Origin: Podarcis tiliguerta
Lineage: Eukaryota
DNA: 64,000 bases
Strand: one strand, 5' to 3'
NCBI GenBank assembly: GCA_965153285.1
Contig: OZ229112.1
Position 1 is the first letter of the stretch. Every line of letters starts with the position of its first letter. Below, piece by piece: positions 49,077-60,690 of the stretch. A model generated the notes under the pieces. The model did no database searches and was not told the origin of the DNA. It saw nothing but the letters and a program-made list of their open reading frames with translations. A program made the position numbers and the translations under genes.

Positions 49077-50498
49077 ATGAAGTCAGTCCTAGATGGCCTC
49101 GCAGATACGACCTTCAGAACAATTACGACAGATCTTCTATACATGGGTTCCAGCGATATCCAGTACGAAGATTTCAAAAGTGACATGGCTTCCAAGTTAG
49201 GATACTACCCACAGAAATTCCCTCTGTCTTCTTTCCGAGGCGATTTCCGACCAAAAATGACTGCAGGAGAAGATGCCATCCTGGGTGGGCACCCACAGGA
49301 TCAGATCAACCTTACAGATTTTTACAACAAGACCTTGACCAGCTTCAAGGATAATGAGGAGAATATACAATGTGGGGATAACTTCATGGATATGGAGTGC
49401 TTTATGATTCTGAACCCTAGCCAGCAGCTGGCCATTGCAGTACTGTCCCTTACTCTGGGCACCTTCACTGTTCTGGAAAACCTTCTGGTCTTGATTGTCA
49501 TCCTGCAGTCCCGAAGCCTTCGCTGCAGGCCTTCCTACCATTTCATCAGCAGCCTGGCCGTAGCTGATCTCCTGGGCAGTGTAATCTTCGTCTACAGTTT
49601 TGTTGACTTCCATGTTTTCCATCGGAAAGACAGCCCTAATGTGTTCCTGTTCAAACTGGGTGGAGTTACAGCCTCGTTCACTGCCTCGGTGGGCAGCCTT
49701 TTCCTCACCGCAATAGACAGGTATATATCTATACACAGGCCCTTATCTTATAAAAGGATTGTCACCAGATCGAAGGCTGTTGTAGCATTCTGCGTGATGT
49801 GGACCATAGCTATTGTAATAGCTGTCCTTCCTCTGCTGGGCTGGAACTGCAAAATGCTCAATTCTGTTTGTTCAGATATATTTCCTCTAATAGACGAGAA
49901 CTATCTGTTGTTCTGGATTGGGGTCACCACTGTACTCTTGCTTTTTATTGTGTATGCCTATATGTACATACTGTGGAAGGCTCATAGTCATGCTATTAGG
50001 ATGCTTCACCGCGGCACTCAGAAGAGCATAATAATACATACTTCAGAGGATGGTAAAGTGCATCAGATTACTAGGCCGGAACAAACACGTATGGACATTA
50101 GGTTGGCCAAAACCTTGGTCCTCATTCTTGTGGTTTTGATCATCTGCTGGGGTCCTCTGCTTGCAATTATGCTCTATGATGTCTTTGGGAAGATGAACAA
50201 GCTCGTGAAGACTATCTTTGCCTTCTGCAGCATGCTCTGCCTGCTGAACTCCACCGTGAATCCCATCATCTATGCTCTCAGGAGCAAGGACCTGAGACAT
50301 GCTTTCAGGAGCATGTTTCCACCTTGCAATGGGACTGCACAGCCTCTTGATAACAGCTTGGAGTCTGACTGCCAGCACAGACATGCTAACAACCCAGGTA
50401 ATGTCCACAAGGCTGCTGAAAGGTGTATTAAAAACACAGTTAAGATTGCCAAAGTGACCATGTCTGTCTCCTCAGACACAACTGCAGAGGCGCTGTAA
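49077..50498 (+). CDS. CNR1: Cannabinoid receptor 1 (CB1), class A GPCR, 473 aa, intronless CDS
   Basis: The ORF starts [22 protein letters not shown] and ends [19 protein letters not shown], the characteristic CB1 termini. It has seven hydrophobic segments with LAVADLL (TM2), [10 protein letters not shown]...LTAIDRY (TM3), CWGP (TM6) and NPIIY (TM7), the ECL2 motif WNC...CSDIFP, the N-terminal Cys pair (QCGD..ECF), and sequons NLT and NKT. Confidence 0.99.
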   Translation: MKSVLDGLADTTFRTITTDLLYMGSSDIQYEDFKSDMASKLGYYPQKFPLSSFRGDFRPKMTAGEDAILGGHPQDQINLTDFYNKTLTSFKDNEENIQCGDNFMDMECFMILNPSQQLAIAVLSLTLGTFTVLENLLVLIVILQSRSLRCRPSYHFISSLAVADLLGSVIFVYSFVDFHVFHRKDSPNVFLFKLGGVTASFTASVGSLFLTAIDRYISIHRPLSYKRIVTRSKAVVAFCVMWTIAIVIAVLPLLGWNCKMLNSVCSDIFPLIDENYLLFWIGVTTVLLLFIVYAYMYILWKAHSHAIRMLHRGTQKSIIIHTSEDGKVHQITRPEQTRMDIRLAKTLVLILVVLIICWGPLLAIMLYDVFGKMNKLVKTIFAFCSMLCLLNSTVNPIIYALRSKDLRHAFRSMFPPCNGTAQPLDNSLESDCQHRHANNPGNVHKAAERCIKNTVKIAKVTMSVSSDTTAEAL

Positions 50499-51235
50499 AA
50501 CAAAGACCTCTCGACACCGTAAGAGAACAGATTAAGAGAAAGCAAGAGAAATTCGTGGCTTGTTTCCTCCAGTGTAACCATTTTTTTAAGTTTATCATTT
50601 CTAAGTGACTGTTTTTATGAGTCTTGAGCAGTAGCCCCCTCTTCTGAGTTCTACAAATAAGAAGTCAACTGAAGTTTTTAAAAACAGATTTTTTTTCCAT
50701 TGGCAAAATGCTAATTTACTAATAATGGCTATTATAGTATACAAAAAAAATATCACATTAATCAGTGAGCAAGATATACACACTTTAGGAAGCTTATTGA
50801 AAATTGAAACATACAACAGTTTAATTAGAACAAAAAAGTAAATTTTGTAATCATAGGTTTTTGTTTTTTTCTAGTGTGAACTATGTTAATTGTCTGTAAG
50901 TAGGTTTTCATCCTCCCCCACCCCCAAAGCGGCAGTACTGGATTGTAAGAAATTTTGTACCATGTCTTGTGAGATGTATGATGTTTTGCTGTATGTTACT
51001 GATATTTGTCTAACCAAAGTGATTAGGTAGACTTGTGTGGATGTAATGTAAAGTATGTGGTGATGTACCCCCCCACCCCCACCCCCACTCCCCACCATGA
51101 AAATACTTCCTGTATTTTGAAGAATTCCTATAAGGTATTTTGAAATTTTTACATTCTTAGTGGTTTTTAGTGAACTTAAAAGGAAAGGCTTTGCATTTCT
51201 TCTGCTCACATTTGAAATCCCTATTAAGTTTTTTA

Positions 51236-51271
51236 AAACAAACAAACAAACAAACAAACAAACAAACAAAC
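51236..51271. repeat. (AAAC)n microsatellite in the 3' UTR
   Basis: About nine perfect AAAC units. Confidence 0.95.
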
Positions 51272-54200
51272 ATGTAAATATGGAAATAACAGAAACAAAG
51301 GAACATAGAATACTTTTGGGAAAAAGGAAAAATACACTAGCTCAGACTGAAAAAGATGTGTGTGTGTCTCCCCTCCCCTTAAAAAATGCCATCTTTTGTC
51401 TATAAGACTGTTGGCTTTTTATTGGAAATTGTGTGAATGCCAACATGACCCAAAAGAAAGTTATTAGGCAGTGATGTCTTCAATAGGCAACTGCTTTTTC
51501 ATTGGTCTGTTGCTGGCATTGTATTTGCGAAGACAACATGTGTTCGGTTCCATGTACAAAGTTCAATCACTGTGACGTATACTTGAAAATGTGTTTCATT
51601 CCTATGTCCCAGGTTTAAATAGATTTCAAACCTGAAATGCCAAAACATCAGTCTTCAGTAACAAGAGGATAAAGTGTTAGTATTAGATTTAAAAAATGAA
51701 TGTGTATATATAATTATTTAATATCTATGTAGCTGTGTGTGTCGTGTACGTATTCTAAATAACCGTGGTTACATTAATATTACTAAGATAAGAAACTGTG
51801 ACCAAATGTTTTCTCTGTACTCCTTACTGCATTCTTTGCACATGAATTCTGTTTCTAAAAGTGAGTTCTTCCAACCAATCAGCAATGAGCTTGCAGGATC
51901 TATTGAGCACACTTGTAAAATCATACTGAAAACAACAACCCAATATGATAACTGAAGAGAAGTATTTTAATATATGTAGCTGGCAGCCTGATTAAGATGG
52001 CAGAAATACTGTAGCGCTTAAAAACTCGACTGGCTTAATGTGAATTCGGCCACAATAATGACAGGAATGATTGGAGGAAGCCGAGTGTCTCTGTGAACAA
52101 ATGCAAGCAAATTTAAAACAGTCATCCACTCGTGTCAGAATCAAGCCCCCACTGCAACAAAATTAAGTACCCTCTCAAATTGGATGCTCCACATTTGTAG
52201 CTTCTTCTTCTTTTGCCAGAACTAAGAATGCAGGAGACAAAAATTGAAATGCCAACCATCTGAAAGGTAGCAACCTTAAATCACATTTATAGTAAGATAG
52301 TTGGCCTCCTGTTGCTAAAAGAAGGTTACTCTGATCCAGCAAAGGCAGCTCAAACAAAGAAGCAGACTGCTATATTAAGATCCCTCTTTTTGATCAGGTC
52401 CTACGTGTATGGGGGACAGACTAAACGTGGGCAGTTTTCTTTTTTAGATCCTTGCATCTTGCACCAAGGATTGTGTGTGGGGTTCCAGTTGCTGGGCTGC
52501 AACTTGTAGCTTGCGTTCCAAGCACCAGATGGACAGCATTGTGTGAATCTAGTGCTGTCACACATCTGTGTGAAGGCAGATCACGAAGAGCTGTGGGGGC
52601 CAGTCAACAGTAGATAAAATGGACACTGAAAGATTTAAAAACTGGGAACAGGCAAACTTAATGCCATCGTCTTGCAGAATGTAAAGTGAAACTAAAGCTG
52701 TAGCTAGAATGTAGCCTGCCGAGAACTGAAGATCCCGAGTAACATGAGTTTGGAAGCTGACTAGGGCAAATCGTTTGCTTTTAGAATCCATACAAGTTGA
52801 TCCTTTGAAGCTCAAGAGAGGAAAGGCAACCCTGTTCAGGGTTGGGAGCTGAGCAAGTTATCAAAGAGCAGTTCTGATATGAAAAACTTCTCCATCTCCA
52901 GTCCTCTTCCTCCCTGCTCCACATCTGAAGAGTCTTACTAGAATACGGCTCCTTTCGGAAGGGGAGTATATGGGGAAAGCCTGCCTATTCTAGATCTCAG
53001 TATGATTTTGATGTAAGATGGAGAAGGAGGTGCCAGAACAAGTTTCAGGAGCATCTAGCAATGAAAGCAAGGAAACACCTCCTCACTCGCAGCTTGGGAG
53101 TTCTTTAGTAACATTGTACAGTAGGGAATTCCTAGCCTGCGGTGGCTCAGTGATTCTTGGAAGCCCCAATCTATCAGAAAGAAGGAAGCACAGGACTATA
53201 GAACAGGGAGAGAGATACGAGTTTGTGGCATGCTGCTTTTAAGTTCTGTGACTAAAGGGGATCTAGCAAAGAAGAGAGCTATCATTCCTGGGTGAAGTGC
53301 TTGACATTTTACCACTGCTCACACTAGTTCTTTTCCAGAAATGGAAGTGTCATAAAAAGTGTTACACCAGAAATGGCTCTGCCACCTCTATGGAGTGGGC
53401 AACCTTTTTAATCTGAAGTGCCACAGTCCTTTCTGGACAATCTAGGGGCCACAGCAGTGGAGGTTTTAACATGTTCATTGGTTCAGCATTGTATGTTAGG
53501 TGGTCACCTACAGAACGAATTCTATTTGATTTGATGTTTGTATTCTTATCCAGCAACAGTGTTGAGCTCAAAACAGCTCACAATAATCGCAGTAGCATTA
53601 AAAAGCAACAGGCATTGCAATCATTATAATATCAAACAGAGTAGCAAACCAGAATAACAAATTCATCAAAACAGTCAATGCAATTCAATTCAATGGAGGC
53701 ATGGTAATTCAAAATATTGGAAAGAGCTTCTGGGCCTTGTGCAATAAAACAATTCCATCCAGGGGAACAGCTTGCCAAAACTACCAGGCAAGTTGCTAAA
53801 AGGCAAGATGATGATAAAGATAAAAATGCAAACCTTATTTGTTCATAACTATGTCAAAATACTGTACAAAATGCTGGACTTGGTGTAGAACAGATCTGTT
53901 CTATTCTACGCATGTTCCTGAGAGGTGTAGCTTGGCAATCGAAAGGGACTGGATTATTTCTGGTTTGCTTCAAGACATGCACAAGAGGGATATGCCACGA
54001 CTTCTGCCAAGAGGGCAGCTGTGCATTTGTTACTTATTTCATTTGCAGAGCTGCCCCCTCCACTGAAGCGAATTCGCAAGTCCTTGCAAGCATTCATCCT
54101 CCATATGTGCATTGAAACTTCCCACACACACACTTGAAATAGCACACTTGATCAGGGTGTGTAACTTTCAGTAGCGGTGGAAAACTTTTATCGTCCTCTA

Positions 54201-56323
54201 TTTAAAAAAAACAGGAAAGGAAAGGAAAAGATAATTCTGGTAACTACTTGGGTACCTCCAGATGATGTTTACTGAATATTCTGAGCTCAGTGCAGGCCAC
54301 CATGGATGCAGCACATGATCAGAGGTTTCTCTGGGGCATAAGCCTCATTTTCCCCTCCCCTGGAGCATGTACATTCAAGCAGTCCCATGCGGCAGGCCTT
54401 TCTGTGGCATTGGAGACTTGTGCTATCTTTCCATATCCCTATACAGCACCTTGTCTTTCAGATTGGTCAAAGAATGTGAGGGCCCTCCCCCGTAATAGCA
54501 TAGCCCATTCAATTGCTTGTGTGTACATACTGAAGGGGGAGAGAAAATAGACTCCTGTGCTGTAGGAATTCTTCTGTGTGCAGGTGCTGGGTCTATGGTG
54601 GGCTGTAGTTTGAAACTACTTTCTTCCTTTGACAATACATCTTCAATCTGAAACAGTTTGGGAGGAAAGAAAACCCAGAGGAGGGGGGAAAAAAGATAAC
54701 TTTAAGAGCCATTTTTGAAACTATTCTTGTGGTTTTAATGCACACTGTATGGGTTTCTGTTTATGTACAAGATCTTAACTTCTATGTAATTAAAAAAACA
54801 AACTACGGGACAAAGGGGCTGTCTTGGCACTAAACATGGTGCTTCTTGATATAATAAGAAACAACATTCTGTGAAATAGTATGTATTCATCAGTATATTT
54901 CATTCCCATATGTGAGTTTAAAGAAAAGTGCTTCTAGCTGTGTGTATTGTCCTAACAACATTTTTCAACCGAGCTGATGGTGATGTCCCTACAAAATGAG
55001 CGCAAAAATGCAACTGCTGCTAGATACGCTGCATAAATTAGCTGCACTTAAGCCATGTTTTAGAATAGTATTTCTTAAGGCTGGGAAGCTGCTTAGGGAA
55101 GGAAAGTTCATTCAGCCAAGGGAAGGTATAAACTCCACTCTGATTCCTCCCAGTGGGTGCCAGGAAACAAGCTAGTCAAATGCCACCCTCTCCCAACCGA
55201 CACGTCATTATTTCTATCTATGGAACTAAAAGTATGTATAGACACTTCTGTGACTTCTGGGGACGGGTGCGACACCTTTTATTATGGCGAGTGTTTTTAA
55301 AACAATTCTGCATCACTGTTATCTGGGACCCTTAAAGCATATTGTGGCCAGTATGTCCTTTTGGGGGGAAATATATATTTTAAAGTATCTTTCTAGGCTG
55401 AGAAAAGCAAGCATTGCCGATGGAATGGTCAGAGTTCTGTGCACATTCCAGGGGGTACACAGAGCTCTTGTGCAAAGAGGATTCTATTCCAGTGCAGGGT
55501 GCTTCTGTACATGCATGCCTCCACGTCTATGTCTGGAAGTACTCATGTACATGAAGAATCATCGCAGGTGATGGTGGTGTTTTTCCTAATCCTACTTGGG
55601 GAGATACAATACCTGTGACCCTTGGCACAGAGGTTTCATTGAGCAACGGCCTTTATATATACCTAAGTTCAGCAACAACCAGAAAGCAGTAGATGAGTGC
55701 CACCTCTGAATGGCAACCAGGAGGGGAAGGAGCCCTGTAGCTTTTGCATGGTGTGTCTGGTGGAGGCAGCTGAGCCATGTGGTGGAGCTCCACATGGTTA
55801 GAAGTGCCCTGTAAGTGCCATTGATGACATTGGCTCATAGCTGTGCCTGGCACTGCTGGCCATTCGCCAGCAGCCACCTGCATGCTGCTGTGCAAGCTAC
55901 CCCTTCCCTCAACTGCCTTCAGTAGATACCCAGAGCATGACACCCCCGCTCGTCTTGGTCACTGGCTGCAATTTTCACAGCTCACCACTGCCTAAATCAA
56001 GGGTAGGAATTGGCTCTAGCCAGCATGGCCAACAACATCTGTTGGAGCCACTGGTTCCCACCTGGCCTAAGTAGATAAATTTTGAATATGGGTAATCTCA
56101 GCCAATCAGATGCTCAGCACAAGCAACAGGGATGAGCAACACCTGTTAAGCCCTGCTTGTAACTTCTAGAGACATCTAGCTGGTCTCCTGCTGGAGACAG
56201 AGCAATAGACTCCATGGGTTCTAGTCTGAGCCACTAAAGCAATTGCCCTATTCTTAGGCAGCATGGACAGGCAGTTTTTGTCATTGAGGAAAGCTTGTTT
56301 TGAAAATAAAGCTTCCTTTAGAT

Positions 56324-56455
56324 CAGGGATGAGGAACCTACAGCCTCCCAGCTGCTGTTGGAGTCCTTTCAGTCCTGGCCATCATGCCCAGTGGTCAGAG
56401 ATGATGGGATCTGTTGTACAGCAGTATTTGAAAGGGTCATAGATTCCCACCCTTG
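56324..56455. mobile_element. Short hAT-type MITE within the putative 3' UTR
   Basis: CAGGGATGAGGAACC ... GATTCCCACCCTTG. Same family as 59791-59928 and ~60555-60690. Confidence 0.65.
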
Positions 56456-57287
56456 CTGCAGATAATGCCATTTTCAATTGTTCACATCCCCTTGGGAATA
56501 GCCTGGCAGCTTATCCTCACACTGTTTCACTACTCACATGCCCACTCTCATGAAATGAGTAGCTCTGTGGTTTAACAGTTCTATGTATTTATTAACTTTA
56601 AATGTTGTGTATATCTGTACCAGAGACCATTTGTATTATGTGCATATTAGATTCTCAGCAGTCTTGATGTATATTTGTATATTACCTCCTCAATGCCGTG
56701 CAATCACTTATGGATTTCTTTTTCTTGCACTGATTAAAATGCCTCTTGTATGATAAATAAATCCTTTCTTGTGGTGATATAGGGTTGAATGTATGTAAAT
56801 AAAATTAAAAACATTTAAAATGTCAGCTATACAAGCAGTGGCCTAAAATAATAATAATAATCAAGTCTGTACTTGTAGAATAGAACAATTAAGTTGCTGT
56901 GACATCTCAAAATGTTCCAGGGATGCAATGTCGGAGAAAGGAAAGTCTTTCCTTGTGATAATATGAAATTGCAAAATTGGATTTCTGTAGCTTTTTATTT
57001 TTATTGTTTCCGAGTGGAGAGCCTATCTCTTTTAATGTCTGTAAATCTAACATTATTACTTTTCACTTTGAAGTATATTGTATTGTTAGATGTTTGTTTG
57101 AGCTGGTAACATCCTTGCAACTGCTGCAATGTTTCTGTTGGCAACTTGTATATTACTTTGTACACAAGTGTACTGGTAAGACTGTCATTAAAAGTAGCTT
57201 CTACCATTAAACTACCTATAGCGGAATAGTACTTCTGTAATATTACCAATGTATTACTACCATACCATATTTTATTTCTTCAGTGTA

Positions 57288-57293
57288 ATTAAA
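57288..57293 (+). terminator. Candidate distal polyadenylation signal ATTAAA
   Basis: GTGTAATTAAACTGTTATTTATTCAAAG lies at the end of the last UGUA-rich block, with U/GU-rich sequence downstream. Confidence 0.5.
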
Positions 57294-58146
57294 CTGTTAT
57301 TTATTCAAAGTAAAATTATGATTATTTGAATCTGAAACTATGAAACTGTCATGTGGTGTCCCCAGGAGATTCCTTTTTAGATCTCATGTCCAATTTTTCT
57401 ACTTCCATAACATTTTTCAGACCTCACAGATTTTTAAACACCTGCCCAGATTTCTGAATTCTCATTCCACCAGCATTTCTTTAGGGTATCTTGTGGTATC
57501 ATGGAGGCAAGATAACAATATCATTAAGAAAAACAAAGCTAGACTTTCTGCCCTTCTCCTGGTTTTAGGGATGTGTAAACCCTTTTCATTTTTTCTAGAG
57601 CTATTTCAACTTCCCCTAAACTGAGACAAATCTACAAAGCAGGCACACAGTTTTCACATGGCTAGGATTGTCAAAATGGTAATTACTCCTCATGTTAAGT
57701 CTGGATCTGAGCATTATTCCACATTTATTTTAAAGGCACAGAGACTTGGCTTAATTGTGCATGGTTCCCAACTGAAAGACACAAAGATGAGCCATCCATT
57801 GTGTTTCCATCTGGTCTAAGTGGTACTCATCACATTCTCCATTCAAAGCAAAGGCCAGCTAGCTATTTTCTATCCAGCCAGTATAATTACAGCTCATCAT
57901 AGTTCCAACTCAATTGCTAACCAGCTTGATATTGCTTCCCTGCTCTGTGCAATTGGCTTAATTACACAAAATCTTGTGCAATACAACACGATCTTGGGCT
58001 GCTGCTGTTGCAGATCTGAGATAACTGGTTGGAAACCTGTTGCTACTTTAGTGCCATTCATCTTGGGAATGTTTGCAGCAACCTTACTTGGTTTGAAAAG
58101 CCCCATGGTTTTTTTGACTGTTGACTTTCAGACTTGTATGTTAATA

Positions 58147-58271
58147 CATAATTGTAGAGTTGGCAGGGACCGTGAGGATCATCTAGTCCAATGCAGAAAT
58201 CTTTTGTCCAACATGGGGCTCAAACCCACAACCCTGAGATTTAAGAGTCTCATGCTCTACTGACTGAGTTA
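58147..58271 (-). mobile_element. SINE with tRNA-Lys(CTT)-like head and CR1 tail
   Basis: The reverse complement CTCAGTCAGTAGAGCATGAGACTCTTAAATCTCAGGGTTGTGGGTTTGAGCCCCATGTTGG closely follows tRNA-Lys, then TTGGACTAGATGATCCTC..CCAACTCTACAATTATG. Confidence 0.85.
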
Positions 58272-59647
58272 CAAAGGTTCCTCCACCTTGGAAAATGGAA
58301 GGATATGTATATAGGCAAGTTAATTATAATGTGCATGAAAAAGCCTCCCCCCCACCCCATCCCTCAGCGAGAGCAATAGAAGAAACATGTCCCAAAATAA
58401 GAACAAATGGCTTTTCGACACTAAAATGCAGTATCAGGCAAAGGTCTCTTTGGCCAAGAACTCTAGCTAGTCCATAAGCATCTCCTGCTTGACTTGGGGA
58501 AACTGCAACACAGTAATAAATGCATTGAATCCATAGAGACACATGCCAGCAGCAGGAGAGATGCACTGCTTAGAATACTTAAGTGGTACGCTATACTTCA
58601 GGGGTTCCCAATTAGTTAAGTACAGTAGACCCCCTATTTTTCAAATAGTATCTCTATGGTAGTTTTGTTATGTGAATGGCACCACAGACTCCCTGGTGGG
58701 TTGTGCGGACCCCCAATTGTGTTCTATATGCTGTAGTTTAATAGCATAGCCAGGTCCTTGCATGAGAGCTCTGCTCAGCAATCAGTGGAGACTTAATGGC
58801 TCTGGTTAGTCATTATCAGCTTATACAAAGTTTTTGGTGGAAAAGTGTTGGTCTTCTTCAAATTACCTTTTTTGTGGAGTCTCCTGAATACCCATGATAT
58901 CTAGGACTAAATGCAAATGATGAAGGAAGATAGCAACATACAGTAGCAAGAAAGCTTGCTACAACATCTATCCAACAAGCACCTAGTATTTGATTTGCAA
59001 ATTGTGCCTCCTGAGCCACATTAACATGTTTAATCAGGACAGGTCATTCATGTAATTCGTTGGAGGACAATCCTATGAAATGGACTGGCCCACAAATCAG
59101 ATTATCAGTTGACACGGCTGCCTTTGAGCAAGTAGCATAGTCTGAGCACTTCAATAGCTACCCTATAAGGCAAAATATTACCATGGAATAGGGCCTTGAT
59201 GTTGGCATGAATTAAAGCAATATTCTAAAACGCCATATTAAAGCAAAGTTTTAAAATTCACTGACCAGTCATATGAGGAAATGATATTTTACAAGCTTGC
59301 TGCATTATATCTTCCAAGTGAGAGAGAATGTGCAATGGCAGATGCAGGAAATGTCACAAATAAAATGTTAAGCAAGAAGATAGTGAGCCAGCTATTTTTT
59401 TCCTGACATATGTACTACACACATATTTCTGGGCTGAGAGTGTTTTGTATAGGAGAATATACATAATATTCAAAAAATGCAACTCTGCCCTCTTTGATCT
59501 TGTGGATTCTGGAGTAACCCTTGTGGCAATCTGCCACGTGGGCATCAGCACTGAATATTCACGTGTATATGTAAGTTCATTTGTTGGCAACTTATGGCAC
59601 TGGTCATGCTGCATTGGGGTGGGGGGTGAGGAAATGATAAGACAACT

Positions 59648-59976
59648 GAGCATAGCTCAGTGTAGATCATGTGCTTTGCATCCAGAAGGTCTCAGGTTTT
59701 AACACGCATCTCTTATTAAAAGGAACAAGTAGCAAATGAAAGTCTTTTAGCCTGAGACCTTGGAGAGCCACTTCCAGGCAGAGTAGAAAACATTGGTGGG
59801 GAACCTTTGGCCACCCAGATATTATGGAACTACAACTCTGATCAGCTGCAGTTTGCATGGTTAATGGCCAGGGATGGTGGGAACTATAATTCAGCACCAT
59901 CTGGAGAACCAGAGGTCCCCCATACCTGCAGTAGATGGATTATGATTTGAACCTGAAGGAAGGCAGCTTCCTATGC
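59648..59976 (+). mobile_element. Squam3-like SINE interrupted by a short hAT MITE (59791-59928)
   Basis: The SINE head and body run to ~59790 and resume at ~59929 (TAGATGGA..AGGCAGCTTCCTATG). The insert has GGGGAACCT / AGGTCCCC ends and an internal ACTACAACTC / GAACTATAAT palindrome. Confidence 0.72.
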
Positions 59977-60554
59977 AGCACAATTCCTACATTCTTACAA
60001 GGATATACTAGGACAGACGAAATGAAGGAAATAATTCCGAAGAAAAACAACACCCTGTCATCTGAAAATAAATGAAAATGCCATCTGACACATGAAGAGA
60101 CAAGCTGTAAAGCCATCAAAGACACTTTCTGCTTACTAGTTCCATAAAGAAAAACGGGGACTCTGGAAACACAACTTATTTTTAATCTTAGGGGCTGGGG
60201 TGGGGATGAAGAGCATTACTGAATCTGCATTAGCAATAATGGAAGCGAGCAGAAAATTGTCTTAATCCATAAAACAAATGTGTTTTGCAAATGAAATACG
60301 CAGAGGGAAATGAACACCCTAATCCTATCAAACATATCACCGGCAGCAGAAGCCACAGAAGCAATGCAATCAACATTTCTGCAACTCAGGCCATGTAATC
60401 TAATACACAATAATTTTCAAGTCGAACTCAAAACAATTAGCTGCTGGAAATCCAAAGTGGCGAAGAGGCATCCTCTCCCAAATCAAAGGGCCAAACCACA
60501 TGTGATGGTAGTGCCTTTAAGTGCAGGACTTCAACAATCAGATATAAAGTGGGC

Positions 60555-60690
60555 AGGGATGGAGAAACAGTGACCCTCCATGTGTGGTTGGTCTCCAACT
60601 CTCATCAGCCCCAGCAAGCATGGCCAATGGTCAGGGATGGTGGGACTGCTGGTCCAACAGGATCTGGACAACCACAGGTTTTCCATTCCT
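60555..60690. mobile_element. Short hAT-type MITE
   Basis: CAGGGATGGAGAAAC..AACTCTCATCAGCCCCAGC..GGCCAATGGTCAGGGATGGTGGGA..GGTTTTCCATTCCT. Confidence 0.65.

Larger units (their letters stand above)
50499..57315 (+). other. CNR1: Probable long CNR1 3' UTR
   Basis: AU-rich, UGUA-rich blocks occur at ~51.4-52.0, ~54.7-55.1 and ~56.6-57.3 kb. Poly(A) signals: AATAAA 56756-56761, AATAAA 56798-56803, ATTAAA 57288-57293. The end point is inferred. Confidence 0.55.

Noticed and set aside
49197-49736. 179-aa antisense ORF (also 50043-50408 and 50270-50581)
   Set aside because: Shadow ORFs on the opposite strand of the CNR1 CDS, with no independent evidence.
50328-50336. New N-glycosylation sequon NGT in CB1
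   Set aside because: It lies in the cytoplasmic C-tail after helix 8, so it would not be glycosylated.
58200-58271. Functional tRNA-Lys gene (and tRNA-Ile at ~16914 and ~25600)
   Set aside because: Acceptor stems and B boxes are degenerate and each is fused to a CR1 tail, so they are SINE heads.
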